Below, piece by piece: positions 28,120-37,844 of a stretch of 64,000 nucleotides of DNA. Source of the DNA: Clostridiaceae bacterium BRH_c20a (GTDB taxonomy: Bacteria > Bacillota > Peptococcia > Peptococcales > BICA1-8); assembly GCA_000961765.1 (NCBI GenBank), contig LADT01000042.1, positions 40,907 through 104,906 on the forward strand. Direction: 5' to 3'. The notes under the pieces are model-generated. The model was not told where the DNA came from. It worked only from the letters and a program-made list of their open reading frames with translations, and made no database searches. Within the stretch, counting starts at the first letter, position 1, and the number at the start of each line of letters is the position of its first letter. Made by a program: the position numbers and the translations under genes.

Positions 28120-30021
28120 CTAGAGCTTTACCCACTCAAGGTTTAATTTTTCGAGAGTTTCTTTTTTAGGAATTCCTGTATCAGTATCCCAGTTCATAGC
28201 TGTATAATACTGCTCTAGCAAATTCCTTAAATCTTCTGGGCTCACTCTTTCTCCGCTGCCCGGTCCATCGGGAACAGGTTCTTCCATTAAACGTCCCGGC
28301 AAGGTATCATCTGCTGAAGTAAACCCTTCCCGGATGTTGTAGCAGCGCTCCAAGGTATTAATTCGGGCTGCCGCAGTGTAAAGATCCTCAATAGTATAAG
28401 TGTGGCCAAGGGCCGCACTGAGAAGTTCACTCCAGTTCTGCCAGTCAAAACTCCGGTTGTAAGCAAAAGTACAGTTGGGTCCGCTATCCTGAATAATCCT
28501 TAGGGCAGCATGCCTTTTCACCAGTTCCCCTTTGCCTTCTATCTCTTTGTGTATTCCCAACTTAAGTTCCTCAAAAACAGGAAGCCCAATGGCATGGTGG
28601 CAACCGCCTCGGTTGCCGGCGGCAAAGACTATTGCCTGTCCCTTGGCTGTCCTCGGTTCATATCCACCCAACTCCATACCTTTTACATGCATAGCAAAAT
28701 ATTCGCTGCCCTGACCGATTTGTTCAGCCGCCCGTTTGGTTCCCATAGCCAGAAGGGCACCAAACCCTCTCCTGTAAGCGATATCTTCAATAAGGGTCAA
28801 AACCACCTTGCTGTTTCCGAAGCGAACCTCCAACCCCCCTGTATCCTCCCTATCAAGATATCCCCTTTCGAAGCATTCCATGGCAAAAGCAATAGATACT
28901 CCCGCAGAAATGGTGTCAAGCCCCAGCTCATCACAGAGTTGATTTGCCGCTATAATTGCCTCCGGGTCTCCAATACCGCAAGCAGAACCCAAAGCAAAGA
29001 TAGATTCATACTCAGGTCCGTCGCAACTTGCCCCGGCAAAAGGGCCTTCTTTTACTAGGGTCAGCTTGCCGCAGCGCAAGGGGCACCCAAAGCAGCCTGT
29101 ATCTTTAACAACCAGCCCCAGGTTATCCCGCATATAATTCATGGAGATATCCCGAGCCTTAGAGAAGGTACATTGAGCCCAGTTGGATGTAGGCAGCCCT
29201 CCCAAAGCGCTGCGGGCTTCTTGGGACTCTCCTGTACCGTAGCGGGCAAAACTGTCGCCATTGCCGGGCTTTGCCTTAAAGTCTGTCATAATTCTTTTAA
29301 AAATCTGCTTATATTGCCCCGGATCAGCCATGCTAATCTGTTTATGTCCCTTTTCCACCATTATTGCTTTAAGGTTTTTACTTCCCATAACGGCGCCTAG
29401 ACCACCCCGGCCAAACTGGCGCCAATCATCGGTACTGACACCCGCATAAGGAATGAGGTTTTCCCCGGCAGGTCCTATGATGGCCCCGGAGAAACTTGAA
29501 CCAATTTCGTTTTTTAGATGGTATAGGGCTAGGGTGGTACCCATCCCCCACAAATATTGGGCTTCCCTGACTTTGATGCCATCGGGAGTAATCAGTAAAT
29601 TAACAGGCTTTTCTGCTTTTCCTTCAACTATGATAATATCATATCCTGCCTGGCGCATATTAGCTCCCAATCTTCCGCCAGCCATTGTGTACATATATGT
29701 CCCGGTAAGGGGGGATTTCGTTAGCATAATTACCCTAGAAGCTGTTGGAAAACCAGTGCCAGTAAGGGGTCCCGTAGCTAGAATCACCTTATTTTCAGGC
29801 GAAAGTGCCTCAATAGCTGGTCCCACTTCATCCCACATAATTTTAGCACCAAGGCCCCGGCCGCCAATAAATCTTGAGACGGTCTCTTGGTCAATCTTTT
29901 CGATTTTGCTGGTACCACTGCTTAAATCAACCCTTAACACTCTGCCGAAATCAGACACAATATTCACCCCTATTTTCCCCAAGATGTTTTTTCCAAAAAG
30001 TGAAAATACCACTTTCAACAA
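28120..30021 (-). CDS. Aldehyde:ferredoxin oxidoreductase family tungsten-pterin enzyme (AOR-3)
   Basis: 633 aa ORF. Contains GGRGLGAKIMWD and CFGCPLRC, with a distal Cys in GPNCTF. The true start may be the GTG near 29958 (RBS AGGGGTG), giving M-SDFGRVLRVDL. No adjacent ferredoxin gene. Confidence 0.85.
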   Translation of the reverse strand: MLKVVFSLFGKNILGKIGVNIVSDFGRVLRVDLSSGTSKIEKIDQETVSRFIGGRGLGAKIMWDEVGPAIEALSPENKVILATGPLTGTGFPTASRVIMLTKSPLTGTYMYTMAGGRLGANMRQAGYDIIIVEGKAEKPVNLLITPDGIKVREAQYLWGMGTTLALYHLKNEIGSSFSGAIIGPAGENLIPYAGVSTDDWRQFGRGGLGAVMGSKNLKAIMVEKGHKQISMADPGQYKQIFKRIMTDFKAKPGNGDSFARYGTGESQEARSALGGLPTSNWAQCTFSKARDISMNYMRDNLGLVVKDTGCFGCPLRCGKLTLVKEGPFAGASCDGPEYESIFALGSACGIGDPEAIIAANQLCDELGLDTISAGVSIAFAMECFERGYLDREDTGGLEVRFGNSKVVLTLIEDIAYRRGFGALLAMGTKRAAEQIGQGSEYFAMHVKGMELGGYEPRTAKGQAIVFAAGNRGGCHHAIGLPVFEELKLGIHKEIEGKGELVKRHAALRIIQDSGPNCTFAYNRSFDWQNWSELLSAALGHTYTIEDLYTAAARINTLERCYNIREGFTSADDTLPGRLMEEPVPDGPGSGERVSPEDLRNLLEQYYTAMNWDTDTGIPKKETLEKLNLEWVKL

Positions 30022-31442
30022 AGTTTTTGTAATATTGCTGACTGCCGTTCAACCTGGTCCTTGTGGGTCCTAAAAAAGGCATCCCTGATTCGTTGACCCC
30101 GTTTGGTGGTCTCATCCATAATTTTTTGCTCCGAATTATTCAGCAATCTTCCATTTAATAAAACCGGTTTACCCTGGACTATCACAGTTTCTACCGCAGA
30201 AACCGGTTCAGAATATATTAGCTGCCACATTACATTATTAAGAGGATTTAAAGAACAGTTTTCCAGATTCAACAAAACAAGATCAGCCTTTTGACCAGGT
30301 GCTATTGTACCCAGGTCATTTTGAAGCAAGACCTTGGGTCCATGGTGAGTAACCATCTCCCAGACATTATGGGGCTGTATCCAAGTATCGGGCTGTTCAT
30401 TTAAGGCATTGTGAATTAGCCCTGCCAGTTTCATAGATCCAAACATACTTAAACTACCTGAAACATTAGCTCCGTCAGTACCCAAGGCCACAGGCACTCC
30501 TTTTTCCCTGTACTTTGTTACCGGTGCAATACCGCTGCCAAGAATGGAATTACTAGCAGGACTGTGCACAACGGTAGCACCGCGGGATGCAACCAGGTCT
30601 ATTTCATCTTCCGAAAGCCAGATTGAGTGAACTAATGATGTACGTTCACTTATGCATCCCAGTTGATCCAAGTGAAAAATCATTGGTTTTCCATAAAGGG
30701 ATTCTGCGGTCCGAGCCTGGGCCCTTGTCTCCAAGACATGGGTGTGGAAACCGGTATCAAGCAGCATGGCCTGTCTTGCACATTCCCGCAGAAGCTGATC
30801 CGAACAGCGCTGCGGTCCCGAAGGCCCAAAAGCAACCTGGAGTCTCCCCTCTTTTGTATGCCATTTTTTATATAGTGAGGTTGTGAGTTCTAGTAAATCA
30901 TTAGCAGAAGGGACTTCTTGGTTCTTAAATTCAGCAGGAACAAGTTCTTCCCTTACAGGCAATGTTGCATAATAGGGCTTATCACTGATCATAGGAGCCA
31001 TGGTAACCCGTATTCCTATATCCCGATAGGCCTGCATTGCAGCATCAAGAGCCTCCGGCCCTTGGGCTAAGTGATCCATGCAACTTGTCGTCCCCGTCTT
31101 CAGCATTTCCATGGCTCCACTCAACACATTCCAATAGACGTCTTCCGGTGTTAAAAGGCCGCCTAGAGCCATGGTGTAAAGCATCCATTGTTCCAAGGCG
31201 ACTGTAGGGTTAAGTCCTTTTACAAAATTGGCATAGGAATGGTAATGGGCATTGATAAGGCCAGGCATTATTAGTTTGTTTTGCCCATCAATCACCATAT
31301 CAAAATTATCGGGTTCTATATATACCCCAGTTGTTACAGAAGCGATTTTTCCCTGTTCAATAGTAACACAACCCTCTAACAGTAAAGGGTTTTCTTTGTC
31401 TCCTGTAAATATAGAAATATTTCTTATAAGAATTTTCGACAT
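30015..31442 (-). CDS. Amidohydrolase-superfamily aminohydrolase (SsnA / chlorohydrolase / nucleobase-deaminase-like)
   Basis: 475 aa. Contains the HxH motif PGLINAHYHS, later HTHVLE, and GTDGA. Confidence 0.7.
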   Translation of the reverse strand: MSKILIRNISIFTGDKENPLLLEGCVTIEQGKIASVTTGVYIEPDNFDMVIDGQNKLIMPGLINAHYHSYANFVKGLNPTVALEQWMLYTMALGGLLTPEDVYWNVLSGAMEMLKTGTTSCMDHLAQGPEALDAAMQAYRDIGIRVTMAPMISDKPYYATLPVREELVPAEFKNQEVPSANDLLELTTSLYKKWHTKEGRLQVAFGPSGPQRCSDQLLRECARQAMLLDTGFHTHVLETRAQARTAESLYGKPMIFHLDQLGCISERTSLVHSIWLSEDEIDLVASRGATVVHSPASNSILGSGIAPVTKYREKGVPVALGTDGANVSGSLSMFGSMKLAGLIHNALNEQPDTWIQPHNVWEMVTHHGPKVLLQNDLGTIAPGQKADLVLLNLENCSLNPLNNVMWQLIYSEPVSAVETVIVQGKPVLLNGRLLNNSEQKIMDETTKRGQRIRDAFFRTHKDQVERQSAILQKLC

Positions 31443-31642
31443 ATAAAGTAATTCTCCTTTGCTGGAAGTTATCCAATCTTTAAGAATACATTATTCTTGC
31501 TAAAAAACGGGCCATTTGAGTGACTGTATTTTCTGAAAGTTCATCTTTTTTTATTCGCCATTTTTTATGTGAAGTCCTTTACTTTATTTGCGGAAAGAAT
31601 AGGAAGCTCTTTATCCAAAAGTGATAAACGAGATAAGAACAC

Positions 31643-31665
31643 CCTTCGGATATACTCCGAAGGGT
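31643..31665 (-). terminator. Hairpin CCCUUCGGAGUAUAUCCGAAGGG downstream of the TAXI-TRAP permease gene
   Basis: Perfect 8-bp GC-rich stem, but the following U-tract is weak (UGUUCUUAUCU). Confidence 0.45.
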
Positions 31666-31697
31666 TAAAAAGGGGGTAAGGAGTTTGTATACTAAAA

Positions 31698-33593
31698 TTA
31701 TGGGGAAGCCGTTTTAAGTTGTTCTTTTTTAGCTCTCAAATATTGAATAAACAATACTATAGCTAATGCAGCTAACCCAAGTATATCAGTTGTTTTTCCG
31801 TACATTACCAACATGATAGATGAAATTCCTAGCAAGCCTCTATCCATTAGAGTTGTTTTAGTTAATAAAAAGCCTTGCATAGCCGCTGAAAATGACAGTA
31901 CACCCAATAAGGCAGTAATAGATGCTCCTATAATTTGCATGGCTGTCCCTTGCCATAAAAGGAAGGGAATATACACAAACATAATTGGAATATAATAAAT
32001 GGAAAGTCCCATTCTTAGAGAATACCACCCGGTTTTCCAGGCATCAGCCTGTGCTATAGCAGCAGCAACATAGGCCGATATGCATACTGGAGGAGTTATT
32101 ACCGCTAGTTGACTGGCCCAGAATACGAAAAAATGGGCAGTTAATAGGGGTACTCCCATTTCCACTAATGCGGGAGCAGCCAAAGTTATTAAAACTAAAT
32201 AGGCAGAGGTAACATTCATACCCATCCCCAGTACAAAGCTGGCCACCATGACCAAGAAAAGGGCTATGGGTACACTGCCTCCGGATAACTTTAAAACTAT
32301 TAGGCTAAATTTCATACCCAACCCTGGCAGGGCAATGGCAGTAATAATAATCCCGACTACCCCTGCTGTTACGGCCATTATTAAAGAACTCTTAGCACCT
32401 TCTGCAAGGGTTTCAAAAACATCCCTAGGCGTCATTCTAGTTTCCTTTCTTACAAAAGAAACCAGAAAGGCGGTAACTATAGCCCAAAAGGCGACCATTG
32501 ATGGAGAGTTCCCCCTGAGAAGAAAGACAACAATTACCAAAATAGGAACGAGAGAATGCCAACCTGATTTTAATACCGTCCAAGGGTTGGGCAATTCTTC
32601 TACAGGCATACCCTTAAGTCCCATACGCTTTGCTTCTAGATACACCATAAAGATCATACTAAGGAAAAACAGTAAGGCAGGAATAAGTCCGGCTTTAACG
32701 ATTTCTATATAGGGTACTCCTATAAAGGCCGCCATCAGGAAGGCTGCTGCTCCCATTATCGGCGGCATAAATTGTCCGCCAATGGATACAACCGCTTCAA
32801 TTGCCGCAGCTACATGACGTTTATAACCCCTAGAGATCATTAAAGGAATAGTTACAGCCCCTGTTATGGCTGTATTAGCAGTAGAAGAGCCTATTACTGA
32901 ACCCAATATCCAGCTTGATACCACAGCAGCCTGAGCAGGGCCACCCGTAAATCTTCCCACAAAAGCTTTAGATAGTTCAATAAAAAACATCCCTGCACCA
33001 GACCTCTGCAAAAAGGTACCAAAGATAATGAATAAAAAGATAAAGGTAGAAAATATATACACAACAGACCCGAAAATCCCGTCAGTACTGGCATAAACTA
33101 CACTGATCACTCGGTTTAAATCATAACCTTTATGGGAAATTATCGCGGGTAATGATCTTCCATATAAGGTGTAAAATATAAAGACAATCCCAATAATCGG
33201 CAAGGCCCAGCCCACTATACGTCTAGCAGCCTCCAAAACGAGAATAACTGTGATAACTCCTAGATAAACATCAATAGATTCCAATTTTAACCCGGCCATA
33301 TCTGCATAATAATTAAACCTATACATAAAAGAAACTACCACCAGACAGGACAAAAGGACTAAGCCCAGATCAATAATTTCTGTGTATTTGTTAACTTTAT
33401 TTTTAATAAGGGGATAGATTAAAAATGTCAATACTAGTGTAAAGAGTATATAAAGCCCACGGCTAATATGAGCCTCCCAGACTCCAAAAGCAGCCTGGTA
33501 CAAAAATACTCCCGAAAAAGCTGCTGCGAGCAGATTAATTGCTTTATTCTTAATTTCTGAATATATCAAGATGAATATTCCCCTTTCTTCCAT
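31698..33593 (-). CDS. TRAP transporter fused 4TM/12TM permease (TAXI-type system)
   Basis: 631 aa, highly hydrophobic throughout. Sits directly downstream of a TAXI-like binding lipoprotein. Confidence 0.8.
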   Translation of the reverse strand: MEERGIFILIYSEIKNKAINLLAAAFSGVFLYQAAFGVWEAHISRGLYILFTLVLTFLIYPLIKNKVNKYTEIIDLGLVLLSCLVVVSFMYRFNYYADMAGLKLESIDVYLGVITVILVLEAARRIVGWALPIIGIVFIFYTLYGRSLPAIISHKGYDLNRVISVVYASTDGIFGSVVYIFSTFIFLFIIFGTFLQRSGAGMFFIELSKAFVGRFTGGPAQAAVVSSWILGSVIGSSTANTAITGAVTIPLMISRGYKRHVAAAIEAVVSIGGQFMPPIMGAAAFLMAAFIGVPYIEIVKAGLIPALLFFLSMIFMVYLEAKRMGLKGMPVEELPNPWTVLKSGWHSLVPILVIVVFLLRGNSPSMVAFWAIVTAFLVSFVRKETRMTPRDVFETLAEGAKSSLIMAVTAGVVGIIITAIALPGLGMKFSLIVLKLSGGSVPIALFLVMVASFVLGMGMNVTSAYLVLITLAAPALVEMGVPLLTAHFFVFWASQLAVITPPVCISAYVAAAIAQADAWKTGWYSLRMGLSIYYIPIMFVYIPFLLWQGTAMQIIGASITALLGVLSFSAAMQGFLLTKTTLMDRGLLGISSIMLVMYGKTTDILGLAALAIVLFIQYLRAKKEQLKTASP

Positions 33594-33646
33594 GTTACCT
33601 TCAGCCTAGGGATTTTTCCCTAGGCTGAAGGAATGCAAAAAACTAC

Positions 33647-34642
33647 CTATTTGTTTTCACTGTAGAATTTTTTTGCACCTGGATGGAGCTCTAAATTAAT
33701 CTTTTCAAAACGTTCAATTCCAGGTGACATTTCTTTAAAAGCAGCCTGAGTATTTTCTAAATATCCACGCCCTTTTTCTGAGAACATAACTTTTAACATT
33801 TTGTAAATAACCTCTTCAGGTATATCATCTCTAGCTACCCAGATAACCGTATAACCCACGGTTTTAACTGGTTCCTGCAAACTTTTATAGCCACCAACCG
33901 GGATGGTATATTCGACATGGTAGGGTCTGGCATCTAGAAATGTTTTTCTTCTGGCATCATCCACCGGCAATAAAACCATATCGTGGGTTGATTCCAGCTC
34001 AATTAATGCGGGAACCGGTGTATTGCCTCCGATTATAAACGCATCAAGATGACCATCTCTTAAGGAAGAAGCAGAGTCGCTAAAACTGAGGTAGCTTATT
34101 TCAATGTCATCAAATAATCCTACTATTTTAAGGAAATCTTCGGCAACAGCAGCACTTCCTGAGCCTTTAGGACCAATAGATACCTTTTTGCCTTTCAAAT
34201 CATCTAATGTTGTGATACCTGTTTTCTTTAAAGTTACAAAGTTCAATGCACCATCGTGAATATTAGCTACAGCTCTTAGGCCCTCGTATTTATTGTTTGC
34301 GAAGTCCCCTTCACCTCTGATCGCCTCATAAGCTGTAGAGCCATAGGAAAAGCCCATATCTGTCTGATTGGAAGCCATTAATCTTACATTTTCCACAACA
34401 CCTTTAGTTACTTCAGCTGTAACTTCTAGACCATCCACCTCACCACTAACAAGGCCGGCAATACCTGAAGCCGCAACATAAAAGGTACCGCCTTGTCCAC
34501 TACTAGCAAATGAAAAATATTGTTTTTCCTGTTTCTTCTCTTGAGCTTGAGGCTCATCTTTGGGAGTTTCACTGGAACAACCTACTAAACTGAGGCTAAC
34601 TAATAATGCAAAAACGATAAACAACAGCATTCTTTTTTTCAT
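33647..34642 (-). CDS. TAXI-family TRAP solute-binding lipoprotein
   Basis: Start trimmed to MKKRMLLFIV (RBS AAAGGAG). Lipobox SLVGCSS, then SGQGGTFYVAASGIAGLV, typical of the TAXI/Imp family. Confidence 0.8.
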   Translation of the reverse strand: MKKRMLLFIVFALLVSLSLVGCSSETPKDEPQAQEKKQEKQYFSFASSGQGGTFYVAASGIAGLVSGEVDGLEVTAEVTKGVVENVRLMASNQTDMGFSYGSTAYEAIRGEGDFANNKYEGLRAVANIHDGALNFVTLKKTGITTLDDLKGKKVSIGPKGSGSAAVAEDFLKIVGLFDDIEISYLSFSDSASSLRDGHLDAFIIGGNTPVPALIELESTHDMVLLPVDDARRKTFLDARPYHVEYTIPVGGYKSLQEPVKTVGYTVIWVARDDIPEEVIYKMLKVMFSEKGRGYLENTQAAFKEMSPGIERFEKINLELHPGAKKFYSENK

Positions 34643-34959
34643 TTGTTCGACTCCTTTATTTTTGATTTTGTACTTGAATAAAAGATTAATTCTAACAATA
34701 TTTCCTCCCTTCAATCAATCATCTAATTTATCTCGTAGCTTCAAAAAATATCTTTGTTTATCCTTAATGTACTATTTTTCTCATTCAAATCATATGTAAT
34801 AACGCACAATGAATCACGGGATTTTTGTTAAAACTGCATAAATGCCGTACTAATAGCTAACTTTATTGAGTTGAGATTAGCTTATAAGCGAGTGGCAGGC
34901 TGAAGAACCTACGTTCATGCTATTGAAATAAAAGGCTGGCTGTGTTGATAAATAATGCT

Positions 34960-34999
34960 AAAAAGGCCGTTGAAGCAAAACCCTTCAACAGCCTTTTTT
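34960..34999 (-). terminator. Rho-independent terminator after the carbamate kinase gene (A/U tracts on both sides)
   Basis: Minus-strand RNA reads GGCUGUUGAAGGGUUUUGCUUCAACGGCC followed by UUUUU. Confidence 0.7.
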
Positions 35000-35003
35000 A
35001 ATA

Positions 35004-35981
35004 CTAAATTACCTCTTCGAAAATACCATTTGCATCTGGAACTATAAATGTCCCGGCTTCACCTTTCAAGGCAGCTCCTACCATTTCCAGCGATGTTATC
35101 AGAGCTTTGCCACCTGTCTTTTCTACATAATCAATTGCGGCAGCAATTTTAGGTCCCATGCTGCCTGGTGGGAAATGCCCTTCATCATAATATTTTTTTG
35201 CTTCGAAAACCGTAAGTTGAGAAAGCAGCTCCATATTAGGGCGGCCGAAATTTATAGCTACTTTTTCCACACCAGTGATAATTACCAGTAAGTCAGATTT
35301 AATTTCTTGAGCGAGGACCGAGGATGCCCAGTCTTTGTCTATAACAGCTTCGATTCCCCTAAGCTCACCTTTCCCATCGGTAATTACCGGTATCCCACCA
35401 CCACCGGCTGTAATAACAATTTTTCCTTGTTCTACAAGGTCTTTAATTACATGGTTTTCAATAATGCCTATGGGTTTGGGCGAAGGGACAACCCTGCGGT
35501 AGCCTCTGCCGCTATCTTCTACAAATACAGCATTTTTTTCCAGCTTCAGCTTATTGGCCTGTTCCTCAGAATAAAAAGGACCAATTGGCTTAGTGGGGTC
35601 TTTAAAAGCGGGATCATTACTATCGACCAGTACCTGGGTCAAGATAGTCACAACTTCTTTGTCTAATCCCCGTTGTCTTATCTTATTGGTCAATGTTCTT
35701 TGAATTAAATACCCCAACTGCCCCTGACTTTCGGCGCCACAGACATCTAAAGGCATAGGGGGAACTATATGTGCAGCTGCCTCCATCCTTAGCAGTATAT
35801 TTCCTATTTGTGGCCCGTTACCATGGGTAAGAACTACTCGATAGCCCATAGCTATTATATCAATGATACTGTCAGCACTGCTTTCAATATTAGCTAGCTT
35901 TTCCTCTAAAGTCCCCTTTTGGTTTTCCTTAGTTATGGCATTACCACCGATGGCAATAACTATTGTTGATTGTTTGGCCAT
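35004..35981 (-). CDS. arcC: Carbamate kinase
   Basis: 325 aa. Contains IVIAIGGNAI, VLTHGNGPQIGN and ITAGGGGIPV. Confidence 0.9.
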   Translation of the reverse strand: MAKQSTIVIAIGGNAITKENQKGTLEEKLANIESSADSIIDIIAMGYRVVLTHGNGPQIGNILLRMEAAAHIVPPMPLDVCGAESQGQLGYLIQRTLTNKIRQRGLDKEVVTILTQVLVDSNDPAFKDPTKPIGPFYSEEQANKLKLEKNAVFVEDSGRGYRRVVPSPKPIGIIENHVIKDLVEQGKIVITAGGGGIPVITDGKGELRGIEAVIDKDWASSVLAQEIKSDLLVIITGVEKVAINFGRPNMELLSQLTVFEAKKYYDEGHFPPGSMGPKIAAAIDYVEKTGGKALITSLEMVGAALKGEAGTFIVPDANGIFEEVI

Positions 35982-36012
35982 TATACTCCCCCTATTTTGT
36001 CTTTATGCAATG

Positions 36013-36210
36013 TTATTTGTTTATTTTATACAGAAGGCCTATTAAAGGGTAAACCATACCCAGACCTAAAAGGATGAAAGCCACAATTAATAATCCTACC
36101 TGCCCCCTTGTCCCTGCTAGATAAAGAAAAGGAAAGGAGAGAAGCACCAAGGTGCTGGCTAAAGTATATTGCCCGAACTGAGTTTTAAGCCATTTTCCCA
36201 TATTACTCAA
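36013..36210 (-). CDS. Small 2-TM membrane protein of unknown function
   Basis: 65 aa with two hydrophobic helices. Tightly spaced after the LctP-like gene, but has no recognisable family. Confidence 0.35.
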   Translation of the reverse strand: MSNMGKWLKTQFGQYTLASTLVLLSFPFLYLAGTRGQVGLLIVAFILLGLGMVYPLIGLLYKINK

Positions 36211-36217
36211 GCCCCTT

Positions 36218-37834
36218 TCAGCGGAATATTAAATGAAAAACCAAGAGAAAGACTCCACTTAACCCGGTAATGAGAAGTGTAGGCGGTAAGATTTTACGCA
36301 TAACCTCACCTTCCAATCCCAGGATGCCGGTAGTAGTAGTTCCTAAGAGGACCTTGCCCGGGGCAATTACCGAACCAATGGCTCCGCCACCGGTCTGGGC
36401 CCCTAAAATAGCCGCTCTGTCTAGTCCCAAAAGTGAAGACATAGTATCCTGGAAGCTACCGAAAAGTATATTAGAGGACATATTGCTGGAGGTCATAAAA
36501 GAACCTAAAACACCGATAAAAGGGGCGATCACCGGATAAATAGCCTGGGTAGCATTAGCGGTTCCATAAGCTAAAACTACCGTCTGCCCAGTGCCATCCA
36601 TAATCTTGGACATTACAATCAAACCAATAGTAGCTATGGCGGCGGGCATAACCTTTTCCATAGTGCTCAGAAAAATTCTCCGACCGCCTCCGGTTGCAAT
36701 AGCTCCCATCTTTTTAAAAGAAAAGTAACCAATTAAGGCTGCTATTAAAAGAAAGGTGCCGGAATGGGTAAATACTGTAATTGGCGAGTACAATTGAACT
36801 GCTTTATTAACATGCCCAAAGGCTGTCAGCGTTTCCGGAAAGGCAAAACCTATCTTTAAAAAACTTAAGGCGTTTTCTACAGGTTTAATTAATAACACGA
36901 AGAGGGTAATAAAGGTTAAGGCATAATAAGGGATAAAGGCTTGATGTAAAGACATCTCCTTATCTACTTTTTCATCCCAGTCAACCTCCCTGCCTTTGCG
37001 GTCCATAATCATGCTATCTGGCTCTTGGTAGGGCTTATTGTACCAGGAAGTTTTACCCAGCAGAAATACAACAGCTAAGGCTATACAAGCCATGACGAAA
37101 TTTGCCAAGGTCGGATTGGCCTGGGAAAAGAGCATCTGTCCCCCCCCATGAATTAGAGAAATTATTAAGACCGCCGGCAGACCTGTTTTTAAACCCTTAC
37201 GACCACCGTAAAAGTAACAGATTAAAATACCTGCAGCGATATTTATGAGCCAATTAAAACCACTGGCCCATAAGGCAGTTGCCTTAATTAAAGCAGGGTC
37301 ACTTATCCCTGTTTGCAAAATCAAAGCGTCCCAAGCCACGGCTAATGTCCCAAAGGTATTGGCCCAAGCCTGACCATATAAAGAAATAATAACTGCCCAC
37401 AAGGGGGTTACCCCAATACCTACCAGTAAAGGTGCCCCAACAGCAACTGGTACACCAAAACCGGTTACCCCTTGGAGAAAGCTGACAAATACCCAGCCAA
37501 TAGCCAAGATCTGCAGCAATTCATTGGGAGAAAACTTCTGCATCCCTTTGCGAAAAGGCTCAAAAGCCTTTGCCTCGTTAGTCACTTCATAGATTAAAAT
37601 AGCTGGCAAGACAACGGTAAGAACCGCTATCCCGTTCCAGATCCCTTTGGCACTTTCCAAAGCAATTAAATCCCAGGGCGCCTTATAAAAAACAACCCCG
37701 CTTACCAGAGCGATGATAACCCCAACAGGGGCAGCCTCTGCCGCTCCCCACCGGAATTTAACCATCAAGAGCATTAACACTACAATCGGAAGTAATGCCA
37801 AAAGCCAGTAATTTAAGGTAATAGGTAGTGACAT
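36218..37834 (-). CDS. L-lactate/glycolate permease (LctP) family organic-anion transporter
   Basis: 538 aa, polytopic. Overall organisation and glycine-rich helices are typical of the LctP family. Confidence 0.75.
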   Translation of the reverse strand: MSLPITLNYWLLALLPIVVLMLLMVKFRWGAAEAAPVGVIIALVSGVVFYKAPWDLIALESAKGIWNGIAVLTVVLPAILIYEVTNEAKAFEPFRKGMQKFSPNELLQILAIGWVFVSFLQGVTGFGVPVAVGAPLLVGIGVTPLWAVIISLYGQAWANTFGTLAVAWDALILQTGISDPALIKATALWASGFNWLINIAAGILICYFYGGRKGLKTGLPAVLIISLIHGGGQMLFSQANPTLANFVMACIALAVVFLLGKTSWYNKPYQEPDSMIMDRKGREVDWDEKVDKEMSLHQAFIPYYALTFITLFVLLIKPVENALSFLKIGFAFPETLTAFGHVNKAVQLYSPITVFTHSGTFLLIAALIGYFSFKKMGAIATGGGRRIFLSTMEKVMPAAIATIGLIVMSKIMDGTGQTVVLAYGTANATQAIYPVIAPFIGVLGSFMTSSNMSSNILFGSFQDTMSSLLGLDRAAILGAQTGGGAIGSVIAPGKVLLGTTTTGILGLEGEVMRKILPPTLLITGLSGVFLLVFHLIFR

Positions 37835-37844
37835 CGTTTACCTC

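Noticed and set aside
28120-30021. Selenocysteine or frameshift interruptions in the AOR, M20 or amidohydrolase genes
   Set aside because: All large genes are single uninterrupted ORFs of family-typical length. The only truncated gene-like piece is the M20 remnant at 27847-28056.
28510-30073. Long plus-strand ORFs (28510-29058, 182 aa; 29453-30073, 206 aa) and similar ones at 32248-32712, 51356-51841, 60752-61273, 538-909 and 13234-13572
   Set aside because: They lie antisense to long minus-strand genes that have clear family motifs. Their translations are low-complexity (P/S/A-rich) with no RBS or recognisable domains, which is typical of shadow ORFs.
31443-31697. Long leaders (31443-31697, 34643-35003, 49437-49575, 14388-14691) inspected for purine, ZTP, guanidine, T-box or other riboswitches
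   Set aside because: I could not recognise any conserved riboswitch core in them by eye, only terminator hairpins and AT-rich promoter-like DNA. A covariance-model scan would be needed to exclude novel or divergent elements.
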